Positions 1-11,800 of a stretch of DNA of 64,000 nt are shown piece by piece. The DNA is from an uncultured virus (IMG/VR IMGVR_UViG_3300032288_005212). Lineage: Duplodnaviria > Heunggongvirae > Uroviricota > Caudoviricetes. Made by a program: the position numbers and the translations under genes. The first letter of the stretch is position 1. Every line of letters starts with the position of its first letter. Location of the stretch: positions 1 to 64,000 of IMG/VR virus record IMGVR_UViG_3300032288_005212, one strand, 5' to 3'. Under the pieces are notes generated by a model, which was not told where the DNA came from, ran no database searches, and was given only the letters and a program-made list of their open reading frames with translations.

Positions 1-877
1 CTGGTGAAGTTATAGAAGGAGATGGTGAGAAAGAATACTCTACGTTACCTGGATTATCTGTAGGAGCTGGGCTTACTCTTTTGTAAGCATAAACTATAGT
101 TGTGGTTGCTCCAGATACTCCAGGGGCTCCAGAATTATTTTTAGTAAAAGACTGAGTTCTAGATATAGAAAATGGAGTGTTATTTAATCTTTTACCAGTA
201 ATGCTATAAGTTATTTTTGCTGTAGAAGATATCATATTACTATGATCTCCTACAGTAACAAAATTTCCAGAGTCTGTTAAAGTTCCTACACTTATGCTAG
301 TACCTACTGGGGATACAGACCATGTACCTGCAGAAGTTGCTGGAGACGAGTATACTAATTCTGTTGCTCCTTCAAAGACATTTATAATAGTTCCAGATCC
401 TGCATAATCAGTTGGAGAAACATTTCCATTAGCATCAGCAGGAATATTGTGAGCTTCATTCTGTACTATTACTGTAAGAGCATCTGATCCGCTAGCTAGA
501 CCATATACCGTTATATAGTCTGACGAAATAATAGGAGAAGTATCCCCTTCATAAGCATCTACTCTAAATTGATATGCTGTATTTTTTGGGGGTATTCCAG
601 TATAGGCAGTTAGAGTATTATCTGTACTTTTAGACTGAACAGAAGCAAATCCTATTCCTACATTTCTATAGAATATATAATATGGACTAACTATATTTGT
701 TGGAGAAGCAGTTATATTAATACTACTAGGACTGGGATTACCAGCTACATCATAAATTATTGCTTGGTAATCAATTGTAGCGGTAACGGTTTTTGAAGCA
801 TTAACTATTGAGGCTGCGCTTAACCCATTAATTTTACCGCTATAATCAACATCTTCTGCTGGTCTAAAATTTGGCAT
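1..877 (-). CDS. Tail fibre / virion structural protein, 5' part (truncated by window edge)
   Basis: Hand-translated open frame from ATG at 877 (MPNFRPAEDVDYSGK...FSPSPSITSP) with AAGGA SD. S/T/G-rich beta-type composition, directly downstream of the tip protein gene. Confidence 0.7.
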   Translation of the reverse strand, partial: MPNFRPAEDVDYSGKINGLSAASIVNASKTVTATIDYQAIIYDVAGNPSPSSINITASPTNIVSPYYIFYRNVGIGFASVQSKSTDNTLTAYTGIPPKNTAYQFRVDAYEGDTSPIISSDYITVYGLASGSDALTVIVQNEAHNIPADANGNVSPTDYAGSGTIINVFEGATELVYSSPATSAGTWSVSPVGTSISVGTLTDSGNFVTVGDHSNMISSTAKITYSITGKRLNNTPFSISRTQSFTKNNSGAPGVSGATTTIVYAYKRVSPAPTDNPGNVEYSFSPSPSITSP

Positions 878-906
878 TTACTTATCCTTAAATTAATCCA
901 TAAAAC

Positions 907-3900
907 TTATGGGGCTGGAGAATACAGCTTTTTTGGAGTACCAACGAGAACACCATTCTCGCTAATATTAGTGTTAACTACTCTATATGCTTGAACCCAT
1001 GCATTATACCAATAATTAGCAGTTAAATTATTAATTTGATACTTATAATTACAAGAAGAAACATTTCCTGTATTTGTTAAGTGAGTACCAGATGAAGGGC
1101 TAACAAGAGAAATTTGGAATGATGATGCTGATACAGAAGAAGCTGTAAAATAGTCAAAACTTCCTGTACTATTAACATTTGGCATTAGTGGGCTACCAGT
1201 ACCTGTGGTTTTAACTCCAAATATTTTTATTTTCTCCCCATTAGAAAAATTGTGGGGATCCTGAGTAGTTATTGTAGCAGTAGTACCTACTGCCGATACT
1301 GTAGCTATCTTTATTCTTGGGTTTACTCGTGTTATATAATAAGATGTAGCTTTTGTATAATCATTATCCTGGTCAATTTCGGCAGAATCATTTACACTGT
1401 TTGAAGACCAAAAATATATAACAAAACCGTCAAGAGAGCTAGGAACTCCAACCCATTCCCACAATAAATTTATGTTTGCTGTACTATCCGGATTAACTCC
1501 TCCAGCCGGTACATCTATTCCAGGCGGTACAATTGAAACTTGGTCTGGCGTAATAGGTGTTTTATTATTATCATTAGATTTATTATAGTTTTCCATACCA
1601 TCGACTAAAGCAGTTGCTGAATCTCCAGTATTTCTACTTGGTCTCCATATGCCTCCAATATTTGGAACTTTCTCACTTATAGGTCTCATCCAATAACGAT
1701 ACGTACAACCCGGGCTAACAGTAGTATCAGTAAAACTAGTACCACTTACAGTTGCTAATTTAACTGCTTCGTACTTATATATGTCCACTTTATCCCCAAT
1801 ATCTAAATTTGTTACACTCTCGAGCTGTAATTTATCGTCTGAGCCATTATTTATCATATCTAATATTGAAGAATTAAACATACCTTGAACTATTTTAAAA
1901 TCATTCCCTGCTTTTTGTGTACCTACAGTAGTTATTGGCGTTGATAATACAAGCCTATCTATTTTTTTATTTCTTGCCCCACTCAACGCAGTTACATCTT
2001 TTATGTAAGCCATTTCATCTAAAGTCACGTTATAAAATATATCCCCTGGATTAGCTCTATTGAATGCACTATCAACAGCTGTGGAAACAGTATTAGTAAC
2101 TGCCGCAGGTAAAAACACATAAATCTTATCACCAACAGCTTGGTCTGATATAGGGTCAACAAAACCGACAGTAGAAGCAGTTACACTACTAATATCTCTT
2201 ACACTATTTCTAGTCATATTATAAAGTTTATACGACGTTGTAGGCGTCGGAGAAAATACAGAAGGAGCTATACTTACATTAGTTGTAGTTGTACCACTAG
2301 TCGTAGTATATATAGTTGGATGAGTATAGGATAATCTTTCTCTAAAAGAAGTAGCTGATGCTCCAGATACTACAAATACTGCATCTCCAGAGGTTTGGCC
2401 AGGTATACTTAATGCAGAATTTAAAAATCCTGTTAAAGTTACTTGGTTATTACTTATTTTAGATAAAATAACGCTACTTGTATTTCTTGTAGCATTGACT
2501 AATAAGTCTCCTTTAACTGCTGTTGTAAATAATCCAGTACACGTAACGCCTCTTGGGCTAGTAGTTGCACTAGCTATTCCAATAGTTGGATGAATATGTG
2601 TAGATATTGAAGAAGTAAAAACTTCATCTTTATCTATAAATACTACCATATCTGAGTCTTGTATCAAAGGACTCATGCTTGGTATAGTTACTATATTAAG
2701 TAGACCATCCGTAATCAATCTAGAATCTATTACTTCCGCAAAAGTACCTTTTGTAGTATTCATCATTAATGATTTATTGGGTACTGGCATATAATCAGGA
2801 TTATCATAGTTTAAAACGTTTGATGAATCTCCACCATACGCAGGCCCAATATAATCAAGAGAGTAGTCATAGATACTTCTGGCTTCTCTATCGCTAGCTT
2901 GATAGTATGCTATTATATCTCCACTAGCCTGTCCAGTAATAGTTGGACTAACAGTTATAGATTTTGGACTAACTATATTAGATACTTTGCTAGCTATTCT
3001 TCTAGTTCTATTTACTACTACATCACCTACTATTACATTGGAAAAAGTATCTGGCGAAGTAACGTTCAAAGTACTAGAGCTACTTCCTGTAACAACTTTA
3101 AATGTTTTTTGTTTAATTGCTCCAGACGGCTGTTTTTGCTCAAGAGTAACACCAACTACTCCTTTATAAGGATAAACAAAATTTCCAGAAGTTTGTCCAG
3201 AGCTACTTGGTGCAATTGAAATTTGAGATACCCATCTATTTTGACTATTTTTAGAATAAACTATAGAAGTAACATTACAAGCAGCAGGGCTATTAGTAGT
3301 TGTATTTACAATCTTATCGCCAATAGAGATATTTGGTTTTTCTTTAGTATTTAAAACCATCATAGATGGAGAAGACCCACTAGCTAATTTAAATCTAGTA
3401 TAGGGTAGCATATTAATTTCTACCCCGTATGGACTTAATGGCTCTCCGGGGCTCCATACACTAAGCCTATCAAAATTACTTAAAGTAATTTGATTATTTG
3501 GTACATCTATACTCTTAATATGGGCGGACCCTAATAGAGACCTTAGAGTCGATGCAGACTGTGGGCTAGCGGTTCTCCATATTTCATACTTTACAGGATT
3601 ATTTAATAATATATCTTCTTTCCACCCATGTGTTATAAATGTGCTACCAAAAGCGGTTTGATAAAATGTCTCAAATCTGTTTCTAGGCATTACTTCTTTG
3701 AGTTTTAAAGGACCAAGAAGTAAAGGTTCACTTTTTTGAGAAGAAGCACTGTCTAATGTATATATCTTAAAATAATAAATATCTGGAGGAGCATCTTGAT
3801 ACACATATTTTTGGGAAGTAGTACCACTAATAAGAATTTTACTTTGTGTGGCATTAATTACTTCTACCATATATTTCGTTCCAGAAATATACCTATCAGA

Positions 3901-6180
3901 ACTCCAAACAATTGTAATATCGTAATTTTTTCCGTCAATTTTATAGGTAAGATGACCTTCTGTTGGCGGTGGAATAAATAGTTTTAAAGGATTTGGATTA
4001 TATGAAGGAATAGGAGCATAAGCCTCTATCGCATCGTATTTATCAGGATAGTGTTGTAGTGCTGTAACTTCATACTCATATGGTCCATTCTCAACAACAG
4101 AAAGAACTTTAAATAAAGATGTATTTTCTACATCTCCTGGTTCTGTGTAACTCAAAGCCCACATATTTCCTGGGCTTGGTATCGGAGTAAGAGTCGTAGT
4201 AGGAGATAACGTTAATCTCGGAGATGCTACGGACGGTACAGTAGCTATAGAATATGAATTTAGCGTAGGTTTTAGAGTATTAGTTGTATTAGTATCTACT
4301 ACTTCGGTTTTTGCAGTAGGGGTTTGAACCCATAGAGTAACATTAGTAGAACCAGAGGGAACCGATACTGCAGAATCAACCGTAATTGAAGAAGAAGTTG
4401 CGGCAGCAACTCTACCAGCAGCACGATAAACTTGTCTATACGAATCTTTGATTTTAATTATAGATCCTGGCGTTACAACTCCCCCTTCCATACCAACTTT
4501 AAAGGATACAGTTTCTAATTCAAATTTTTCTGTAATTATTATATGTCTTCCAAGTCTTCTTGCTTGTCCGCGAGAAGTACACCCAAAACCATCTATTTCT
4601 ATCTCACGATAACCATAACGAGCAATTCCATCATAATCTTCTACATACTCAAGTTTTTCTGAATAAAGATCATCTGGATCAAGCCACTTAACTATAGCAA
4701 CAGTATGTCTTGCTTTTGTTCCAGAAGAAGAATAAGAAAAAATTCCATCAATTACGTTTGTATTGTTATACAAGTGTATTGGAGTAGAGGGTTTATCTTG
4801 AATAACTTCAATAATTCCTTGCTGAAAAAATGTTATACCTCTAAATAAAGATGCCATCCTTTGAACAACAGAATATGCTTCTTCTCTATTTGATATTAAA
4901 ATATTACAAGTAAATCTTGGCTCTTTTATTAAAGAGTTGGCAGCTGATGCAGCTACTCCTCCCAAACCGTCGGGAATACTAAAAGTGTAACTATTTGCAG
5001 GCTTACCTGCACGAGTATCGGCAACTACAGCATCACAATATTTTGCAATTTCATACAATCTCCACTTATTTAATAAAGTGGAATCAATATACTTTCCTAA
5101 CCCATATCTTGTATTTGTAATTAAATCATAAAAACACCATACCGGATTGTCTGTCCAATATCCATCCTTAAAAGTACCATCCCAAAGACCAGAATAATTT
5201 CTTTCAAGTACCTTTCCAGTTTTGTCATCACATACTACAGTATAATTACTCGGAACTTTTACTTTTAATAATTTTAAATCATAATTTCTTTTTGGTACTG
5301 ATCCATCAAAATTATTGGAATCAATAGTTAATCCAGCTAAAGCTGTATATGGATGAGAGTACTGATTACGGGTATATATAGTGTAAGATTTAAGGTACAT
5401 CTTACTATGAGCGCGATCATTCGTAGAATCATCCAAAGTTTTTGTGATTCTGAATAGAACTACGTCATCCACCTTGTTTACATAGTTTTGAAGATCATAA
5501 GGAGTAGCCCAGCCAGGAGGAAACTCTACTATGAAAGTCCAATCAAAAGGAGCAGAAGTCAATTCAATAGATTGTTGTTGCCAATCGAATCTTGTAGCCC
5601 AAGAACCACTTCCGTCAGCTTTTCTATTAACTTCTATCTTAAAACCTAAAGAAGTGCCATCTCTACCGCCAGATTCTTTGAAACGATAAACACCCTCTGG
5701 AAAAGTAAATGTAAAAGCAACAGCTTCTACTATTGGGTATGCCCCATCAGAATCATCCCGTATCTGAACTTGTTGTGTTACTGGGTTATTTAAAGTAAGC
5801 TCGTCTTGATAATTCGGAGCTTTTGCAGCGCCGATCAGACTATATTGAGATAGTGGGTTTTGATCGCTTGATCCATTTTTAAATTCAAATCTTAAGTTAG
5901 CAGAATTTATAGAGTTATTATAAGACTTTACAGCTGTTCCGTCTAAATAGATATGTTTTAATGGATCTGCTGTAGGCCATCCTTCAATTGGACCTTCACA
6001 AATAGCATCAATAATCTGACTTGTATTAAAAGTTCCCGTTTTGCCGGTAGTTGCACTATTAGATGCTCTTATTAAAGATGTTATATTGGAGTTATAATTT
6101 AAATTACTAGATGTAGACGAGTTTTGCGAACCAGAACCCGCGAAATATTGTCTTAATTTTTCCGTATCATAATTTATCAT
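907..6180 (-). CDS. Central tail fibre / tip attachment protein (lambda gpJ / TipJ-like)
   Basis: gpJ motifs IDAICEGPIEG, YSGLWDGTFK..WTDNPVWCFYDL, EPRFTCN and GCTSRGQARRLGR; long beta-rich C-terminal extension. Confidence 0.9.
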   Translation of the reverse strand: MINYDTEKLRQYFAGSGSQNSSTSSNLNYNSNITSLIRASNSATTGKTGTFNTSQIIDAICEGPIEGWPTADPLKHIYLDGTAVKSYNNSINSANLRFEFKNGSSDQNPLSQYSLIGAAKAPNYQDELTLNNPVTQQVQIRDDSDGAYPIVEAVAFTFTFPEGVYRFKESGGRDGTSLGFKIEVNRKADGSGSWATRFDWQQQSIELTSAPFDWTFIVEFPPGWATPYDLQNYVNKVDDVVLFRITKTLDDSTNDRAHSKMYLKSYTIYTRNQYSHPYTALAGLTIDSNNFDGSVPKRNYDLKLLKVKVPSNYTVVCDDKTGKVLERNYSGLWDGTFKDGYWTDNPVWCFYDLITNTRYGLGKYIDSTLLNKWRLYEIAKYCDAVVADTRAGKPANSYTFSIPDGLGGVAASAANSLIKEPRFTCNILISNREEAYSVVQRMASLFRGITFFQQGIIEVIQDKPSTPIHLYNNTNVIDGIFSYSSSGTKARHTVAIVKWLDPDDLYSEKLEYVEDYDGIARYGYREIEIDGFGCTSRGQARRLGRHIIITEKFELETVSFKVGMEGGVVTPGSIIKIKDSYRQVYRAAGRVAAATSSSITVDSAVSVPSGSTNVTLWVQTPTAKTEVVDTNTTNTLKPTLNSYSIATVPSVASPRLTLSPTTTLTPIPSPGNMWALSYTEPGDVENTSLFKVLSVVENGPYEYEVTALQHYPDKYDAIEAYAPIPSYNPNPLKLFIPPPTEGHLTYKIDGKNYDITIVWSSDRYISGTKYMVEVINATQSKILISGTTSQKYVYQDAPPDIYYFKIYTLDSASSQKSEPLLLGPLKLKEVMPRNRFETFYQTAFGSTFITHGWKEDILLNNPVKYEIWRTASPQSASTLRSLLGSAHIKSIDVPNNQITLSNFDRLSVWSPGEPLSPYGVEINMLPYTRFKLASGSSPSMMVLNTKEKPNISIGDKIVNTTTNSPAACNVTSIVYSKNSQNRWVSQISIAPSSSGQTSGNFVYPYKGVVGVTLEQKQPSGAIKQKTFKVVTGSSSSTLNVTSPDTFSNVIVGDVVVNRTRRIASKVSNIVSPKSITVSPTITGQASGDIIAYYQASDREARSIYDYSLDYIGPAYGGDSSNVLNYDNPDYMPVPNKSLMMNTTKGTFAEVIDSRLITDGLLNIVTIPSMSPLIQDSDMVVFIDKDEVFTSSISTHIHPTIGIASATTSPRGVTCTGLFTTAVKGDLLVNATRNTSSVILSKISNNQVTLTGFLNSALSIPGQTSGDAVFVVSGASATSFRERLSYTHPTIYTTTSGTTTTNVSIAPSVFSPTPTTSYKLYNMTRNSVRDISSVTASTVGFVDPISDQAVGDKIYVFLPAAVTNTVSTAVDSAFNRANPGDIFYNVTLDEMAYIKDVTALSGARNKKIDRLVLSTPITTVGTQKAGNDFKIVQGMFNSSILDMINNGSDDKLQLESVTNLDIGDKVDIYKYEAVKLATVSGTSFTDTTVSPGCTYRYWMRPISEKVPNIGGIWRPSRNTGDSATALVDGMENYNKSNDNNKTPITPDQVSIVPPGIDVPAGGVNPDSTANINLLWEWVGVPSSLDGFVIYFWSSNSVNDSAEIDQDNDYTKATSYYITRVNPRIKIATVSAVGTTATITTQDPHNFSNGEKIKIFGVKTTGTGSPLMPNVNSTGSFDYFTASSVSASSFQISLVSPSSGTHLTNTGNVSSCNYKYQINNLTANYWYNAWVQAYRVVNTNISENGVLVGTPKKLYSPAP

Positions 6181-6183
6181 ATT

Positions 6184-7128
6184 TTACCTATGATTTATAT
6201 TAGAATCTATGTAAGACCCTGCTATTCTAGGTGGTTTAAATACAGGAACGGCTGTTGTAGTTCCTACTGATGTTGTATGATTTACAACTTGATAAGTTCC
6301 GCCCCCAAGAAATTTTTCGGCGTTTTCAATAATAAGTGCCCATTGCTCAGGAGTATATCCACCATCATAATTTATTTGAATATTCAAACCATCTACAGCC
6401 GCCATCGGAGTATCAATTATTAATGGAGGGCCGTAGGATAATTGTTTATCTTCAGAATATCCAGTAGCAGTGTTTTCATAAGTCCAAGCAAGTGATGGAG
6501 TTTCAATATAACTCGAAGAAAACGTGGCACTTAATACAACGCTTCCTACCATTAATCTTCCATAACCAATAGGAATTGGCATTCCTTGACCTATAATATT
6601 TTCTGTATTTGAAAGTCCAGAAGACTTCGGTCCACCTCCATCAGGCCCGTCTGGACCCGCGAGTAGTGATGCTACTCCAGCAAGAGCTAATCCGGCGCCT
6701 ATCGCCGAAATTGCTGCCAAAGCTCCAGGAACATAAGATAGGCTAACTATACTTCCTGCCAACCCAGCAAAAAATCCAGTTCCTCCTGCTACGTTAGCTA
6801 ATGCCCCCAAGGCCCAGCCTTGCCCTATACTAAATAATATAGCACCTACAATAATTAATCCAAGAGACTTTAAAAATCCAGCGCCACCAATAATTGGTAT
6901 AATATCTATTGTAGAATCTGTTTTAATTGGAACAACACAACCAGTAATCTGTTGAGCTTCCGCATCGACTAAAATATTATAGGCTCTTTGGTCTTTTATA
7001 AATTCTTCAGTAAAATCGTCAAAATTTGCCTGTAAAGCATCAATTACTTCACGAACCGTTGCGGCTTCGAATTTAAATTCGGACCCAAACTTTTCTTCTA
7101 GATGTCCGTGAAGTCGAACTGTAAGCAT
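6184..7128 (-). CDS. Tail assembly protein I (lambda gpI-like, ubiquitin-like N-terminus)
   Basis: VRLHGHL..KFG, IDIIPIIGGAG and GQGMPIPIGYGRLMVGSVVLSA motifs. Confidence 0.85.
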   Translation of the reverse strand: MLTVRLHGHLEEKFGSEFKFEAATVREVIDALQANFDDFTEEFIKDQRAYNILVDAEAQQITGCVVPIKTDSTIDIIPIIGGAGFLKSLGLIIVGAILFSIGQGWALGALANVAGGTGFFAGLAGSIVSLSYVPGALAAISAIGAGLALAGVASLLAGPDGPDGGGPKSSGLSNTENIIGQGMPIPIGYGRLMVGSVVLSATFSSSYIETPSLAWTYENTATGYSEDKQLSYGPPLIIDTPMAAVDGLNIQINYDGGYTPEQWALIIENAEKFLGGGTYQVVNHTTSVGTTTAVPVFKPPRIAGSYIDSNINHR

Positions 7129-7448
7129 GATTCTTCCTTTGGTGTAATGTAGTAAAGTGTACTAGGTAAACTAACTACTAAGAACGGAATATTAATTCGT
7201 GTGCAACCAATTTTATCTTCTGCTGAAGGTTCACCACCAGAGGGGTGAGAGTGATATATTGTTTCTATTTCTTTTTTATATTTCAGAAAATGAAGTGGGT
7301 CAATCATCCAAGTTTCTACCTTATCTTCAGCAATATTCTCTAGCTCTACTATTTCTCCGGATTTAAGAATAAATCCACATATCTCTTCGTTTGTACCTCT
7401 TGCTTTTTCAGCAAGAGTATTAAATAGGTTTACCGTAAAGTCCAGCAC
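7098..7448 (-). CDS. Tail assembly protein K-like, JAB/MPN metalloprotease domain only
   Basis: EEICGFI...YHSHP....PS.ED JAB motif. Probable start is GTG at 7448 with GGAGG at 7457-7461. Confidence 0.8.
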   Translation of the reverse strand: MLDFTVNLFNTLAEKARGTNEEICGFILKSGEIVELENIAEDKVETWMIDPLHFLKYKKEIETIYHSHPSGGEPSAEDKIGCTRINIPFLVVSLPSTLYYITPKEESCLQFDFTDI

Positions 7449-8463
7449 TTGGAAATCCTCCGAATGGTAATGCTCTTGTGCCAAACCTTATCTTACACGA
7501 AGTTAAGCGTTTTCCGCACACGTCTTCAGACGCTGTTGAAACAATTAAATCATCTGCATCAAAAAATTTGGATCCTGTAACTTCGGTTATAGTTACAGTT
7601 AGGTCGTTGGCAGGAGTAGCACCTCCTAAAGCTGTTCCTAAAACTTTAATAGTATTACCAACAGTATATCCTGTTCCAGGATTTGATACTGTTGCAGAAG
7701 TATATGTTCCTGCACCACTTTTTACTACAGTAAGTTTTGCTCCAGATCCAGAACCTGTTATTTTTGTTGTAGCTACTTGTGTATAAGTAGTTGCTGTACC
7801 AGTCGCAGTGCCACTTAAACTTCCAACAGTAACAGCTCCACTAACACTCCAAGTGCATGGATCAGACTTATAGGTCCAAGGGCATATATTTGCAACTATT
7901 TGTCTTCTTGGAAGCATTATTCCTTCTACATCCCAAGCAGAAGAAAGCTCAAAAGTTACTTGACCTGGTATTGATTCAGACATTCTATCAATATTATATA
8001 CATCGTCTGGAAACTTTGCTTGTGGATCGGCCGAAGGATTTCCAGCTGTAAAATTACTTGCATTTAAAAATTTTACAAATGTTCTAACTCTTCTAATTTT
8101 TGCACCAACAAGGTTTGCATAGGCTTTGCAGGCTTGAGTAAAAAATAAATCATGATTTGCAACTGTTAAAGTTGGGCGAGGAGTTTCTCCTGCTGAAGAT
8201 ACTAGTAAGCCCTCTATTTGTATTGGACGAGCTGTATAAGTAATTTCTGGATTACCCCATTTTACTTCTTGATTAATTGTGCCGTATCTTTCATTATATC
8301 CATTATGAAAATAATAATTAGTAGTAGCAATGGGCACTCCTTTTGAGGTATAATATTCTTGTAAAGGAGTAAGATCTAGTTCAAATAGTTCTATAATCGC
8401 GGATGGATTATACTTGTATATTTCATTTAATATAGATGAGTTAGATTCTTGTTGTGTAGGCAT
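7420..8463 (-). CDS. Minor tail protein L (lambda gpL-like, Cys-ligated Fe-S)
   Basis: IELFELD, PRPTLTVAN, RTFVKFL, ICPWTY..DPC and CGKRLTSCKIRFG..LPFGGFP motifs. Confidence 0.9.
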   Translation of the reverse strand: MPTQQESNSSILNEIYKYNPSAIIELFELDLTPLQEYYTSKGVPIATTNYYFHNGYNERYGTINQEVKWGNPEITYTARPIQIEGLLVSSAGETPRPTLTVANHDLFFTQACKAYANLVGAKIRRVRTFVKFLNASNFTAGNPSADPQAKFPDDVYNIDRMSESIPGQVTFELSSAWDVEGIMLPRRQIVANICPWTYKSDPCTWSVSGAVTVGSLSGTATGTATTYTQVATTKITGSGSGAKLTVVKSGAGTYTSATVSNPGTGYTVGNTIKVLGTALGGATPANDLTVTITEVTGSKFFDADDLIVSTASEDVCGKRLTSCKIRFGTRALPFGGFPSAGLYGKPI

Positions 8464-8816
8464 TACTCATAAACCCTTTCAAAAGTAGCAGTAAGTGACG
8501 CAACAGATGTAGCATTATTTCCGCTATAATTTATAGTACTTACATTCCAACTCCTGCAAATTACTTTTACTTCAGGACTTTCACCCGGAGCACCAAATGT
8601 AAATGCTGTATTGCCGCCTTTTGCCTCTAAAAAAGCCTCCATTGCTAAAATAGTACTTAGTGGACGATTTACAAATGAGAGATCCCAACTCTCATTCATA
8701 TAGTTTATTCCATCTTGAGCTCTTTGGCTATATCCATCTCCAAATCGTACTTCTCGAATACGTGGAGCGGAATTTCTAGAAAGACCTCTATCTGGTGTAT
8801 ATGCCCAATCAGCCAT
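8463..8816 (-). CDS. Minor tail protein M (lambda gpM-like distal tail protein)
   Basis: FGDGYSQRAQDGIN, FLEAKGG..AF.F and LTATFERVYE motifs. Confidence 0.9.
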   Translation of the reverse strand: MADWAYTPDRGLSRNSAPRIREVRFGDGYSQRAQDGINYMNESWDLSFVNRPLSTILAMEAFLEAKGGNTAFTFGAPGESPEVKVICRSWNVSTINYSGNNATSVASLTATFERVYE

Positions 8817-11800
8817 TATCTTCTACCTCTAAATAATAATCCGCCAGGTCTCTGCTGGTTAAATATTTCTTGTTTTACTGCATTTGAGATTGCAGTTCCA
8901 AGTCTTCTTGAGTATTCTTCTGTGTTATCTTTTGATGACGTATTTGTTGTAGCACTTCCAGATCCATCAACTGCAACGTTAATAGCAATATTATTTGTAT
9001 TTCCGCCACCATTACTCATTGTTACAGGAATTGTGCGACCATCTGGAAGAGGTACATACGCCTCTGGGCGTGATCCTTCTCCGAACATTGCAAGTTGTGG
9101 AGTTCTTGCTATTCCTCCACGAGCATATTTTTCGAGAGGCATTGGACCAGAGGAAGACATTACGCCACCTTTTTCAAAGCTAGAGCCTACGGTTCCACCT
9201 ATTTGGCTACCAATCATTGCCCCAGCAGGGCCTCCAACTGCACCACCTATGGCTCCACCTATGGCTCCTAATACTCCGCCTAAAAGCGCTTTCTTAGGAC
9301 TAGCACCTGCAGCAAGTGCGGCAGCCATTTGTGCAAATCCTGCCGCAGCTATAGTGCCTACATTTTCTGTGGCATAAGTTTGAGCATCCCCCCAAAAACT
9401 AGTTTCTTTTACTGTATTAGCAGTATTAATACTTGTTTTATCTAAAGTATCATAAGTCATTCCACCTAACTGATAGTTTTTCTGATCCCATTTTTGTGAT
9501 TCTTTAAAATAATCTATAGTTTTTGGATCACCAGTAGGTGTAGGATTAAAACCTGCTGTATAAACTCCTTGCTCATTAATACCGCTCTTAAAACCATTCA
9601 GTGTTGGGACTAAACCGCCCGCTACTGGCATAGATGTTACAGAACCTCCGCAGCAATTTGCTGTATTATTAGCAATCTCCTGCAATAAGTCAGTATGACT
9701 TTTAGCTGTTTCAGTAATAGCCTTTGTAGTAGCTTTGGTAGCTTCAATTGCTTTATCTTGTGGGGTTTTGAATACCTCAGCTATTCCGCCCATTCCAGAG
9801 GCGGTAAATAATCCAGCTATCCCTTCTTTTAATTTATTTTTTGCAGCTTCTGCAAGTCCTTCTCTTAAACTATCGCGTACTGCAGAACCAATAGCCTTAA
9901 AAGCATTCTTTCCTTCTACTATTGCATCTACGAAGGAGTCTACAGCACTATTAACAGCATTAGAGAAAATATCAGCAAGTTCTTGAGTAATCGATTTTGC
10001 ATCTTGTAGGGTTTTTAAGAAATTTTGTCCAATCGCAGTAGAAATATCCTGCCAAGAAGTCGTCATTTTTTGCGTCCAGCCAAATACAGCTTGTTGTGCT
10101 TGTATTTGCGCTGCAGTTATTTCTGATACTGCAGCTTCTGTTTCCGAACGAGTTGCGGCTGCGGCCGCTTGAGCTGCTTGCGGTAAAAGTACGGCGGCCT
10201 CTGCAAATACTCCAGGTAATGTATCTATTAATGTTTGTATATTACCTAGCTCAGCGGGATCTGTTGTTTGATTTTTTAAAGTTTGAAGTTGGCTTTTTAA
10301 TGTAATTTCTTGTATTTTTAATTGAGCGCCCATTAATTTATATTCAAGATCTATAATTCTTAGTTTCATTTCTTCTTCTTCACGAAGCAGCGCTTTTTTC
10401 TTTTCGCCAAACTCCATTTCTAGTTGAAGAGTCTGTTGAGCTGTTAATTCATACTCACCAATACCTTTATTACGAAGATTTATAGCTTTTAATTCGTTTT
10501 CTCTAATAGTTCTTTCGTTGTCTAGTATAGTAGACTTTGAAGAATTAATTTTTTCCTGAATATTTCCGGTTACATTAGCAAGGTCAATTTGGCGCTGAAT
10601 CAAATCGGCTGAAACCTGAGCAGTGGCTTCAGTATTAGCCTTATCAAGTACAGCGACTTTTAATTTATCATCAGTTATAGCCTTTTCTCTATCTAAGTTT
10701 GCTTGTGTTCTTTGTTGTACAGCAATTTGAGAGTAGTTTAAACCTTGAAGTGCTGTATAAGCATCTTTCAATGCTACAAGATTCTGTTGTGTTTCCGTAT
10801 CTTGTGGAGTAGCTGCAGATTGTTTTTGAAGATCCTTAATATCTTTAGCAAGTTCAGCCCTTAAAATGGCTAACTTAGCATTATTAAGTTTTTCTTCCAT
10901 ATTGATTGTACGAAGTTTTAGCCCATACTCTCTATTTATATTAGCTGTTTTTTGATTTTCAAATTTGCGAAAAACTTCCAATTGCTGGCGAGCAGAGAGA
11001 GCCGCCTCACCGCCTTGTTGAATATTTTGTAGTTGTAAGGAAGTTTCTTCTATACTTATCCGAGACTCAAGTATTGATTTTGAAAGATCAAGTTGTTTTT
11101 GTAGTATTGAAACAATTTCCTGCTCACCGCTCATTCTTCTTTCTAAATTAGTATAAGCTCTTTTAGCGTTTTCGATTTCCGTGCTAGCTGAAAAATTGGC
11201 TTGTTCTGTTATAAGTATACCACGTCTTGAAGCCAATTCTATTAATTTAGTTTCAGCAGCTCGTCTATCTGCGGTTTCATCTGATACTAATTTTTGTTGT
11301 TGATTTATCTCATCAGTAATATATGAAATTTCATCTGTATATATCTTATCTTGCAGCTTTTGCCTTGAATCAAAACTAGCTTTAGTTTCAAAATTAGAAA
11401 GCTTTATTAATGAATTTATATACTCTAAACTCTGTTTTTCTCTATTTAATATCTGAAGCTTTATATCCATGGCTTCTTTTATAGCAGTTTCTTGTTCTAA
11501 TCTTTTTTCTGCTTCTTCTGATAATTTTTCTGCTCTTCCAGAAGCTTTTTGTGCAATTCTCTCAATTATCTCTAATATTTTAAGTCTATCTTTTTCACCC
11601 GTTATTTGCTCTAGACCTAAACCTTGAACTTCTAGGCCTACTGATTTTAAAGCATCTTCAATTTTTTTAACGTCTTGATAAGTAAAATTTACGCGAAAGT
11701 CTACTGATTTTATTTCAGCTACCGCTCTACTAAAGGATTCGGCCCCCTTTGTCGCAGAATCTAACTCTGCTTTAGCTACATCTAAACCTAAAAATTTTGC

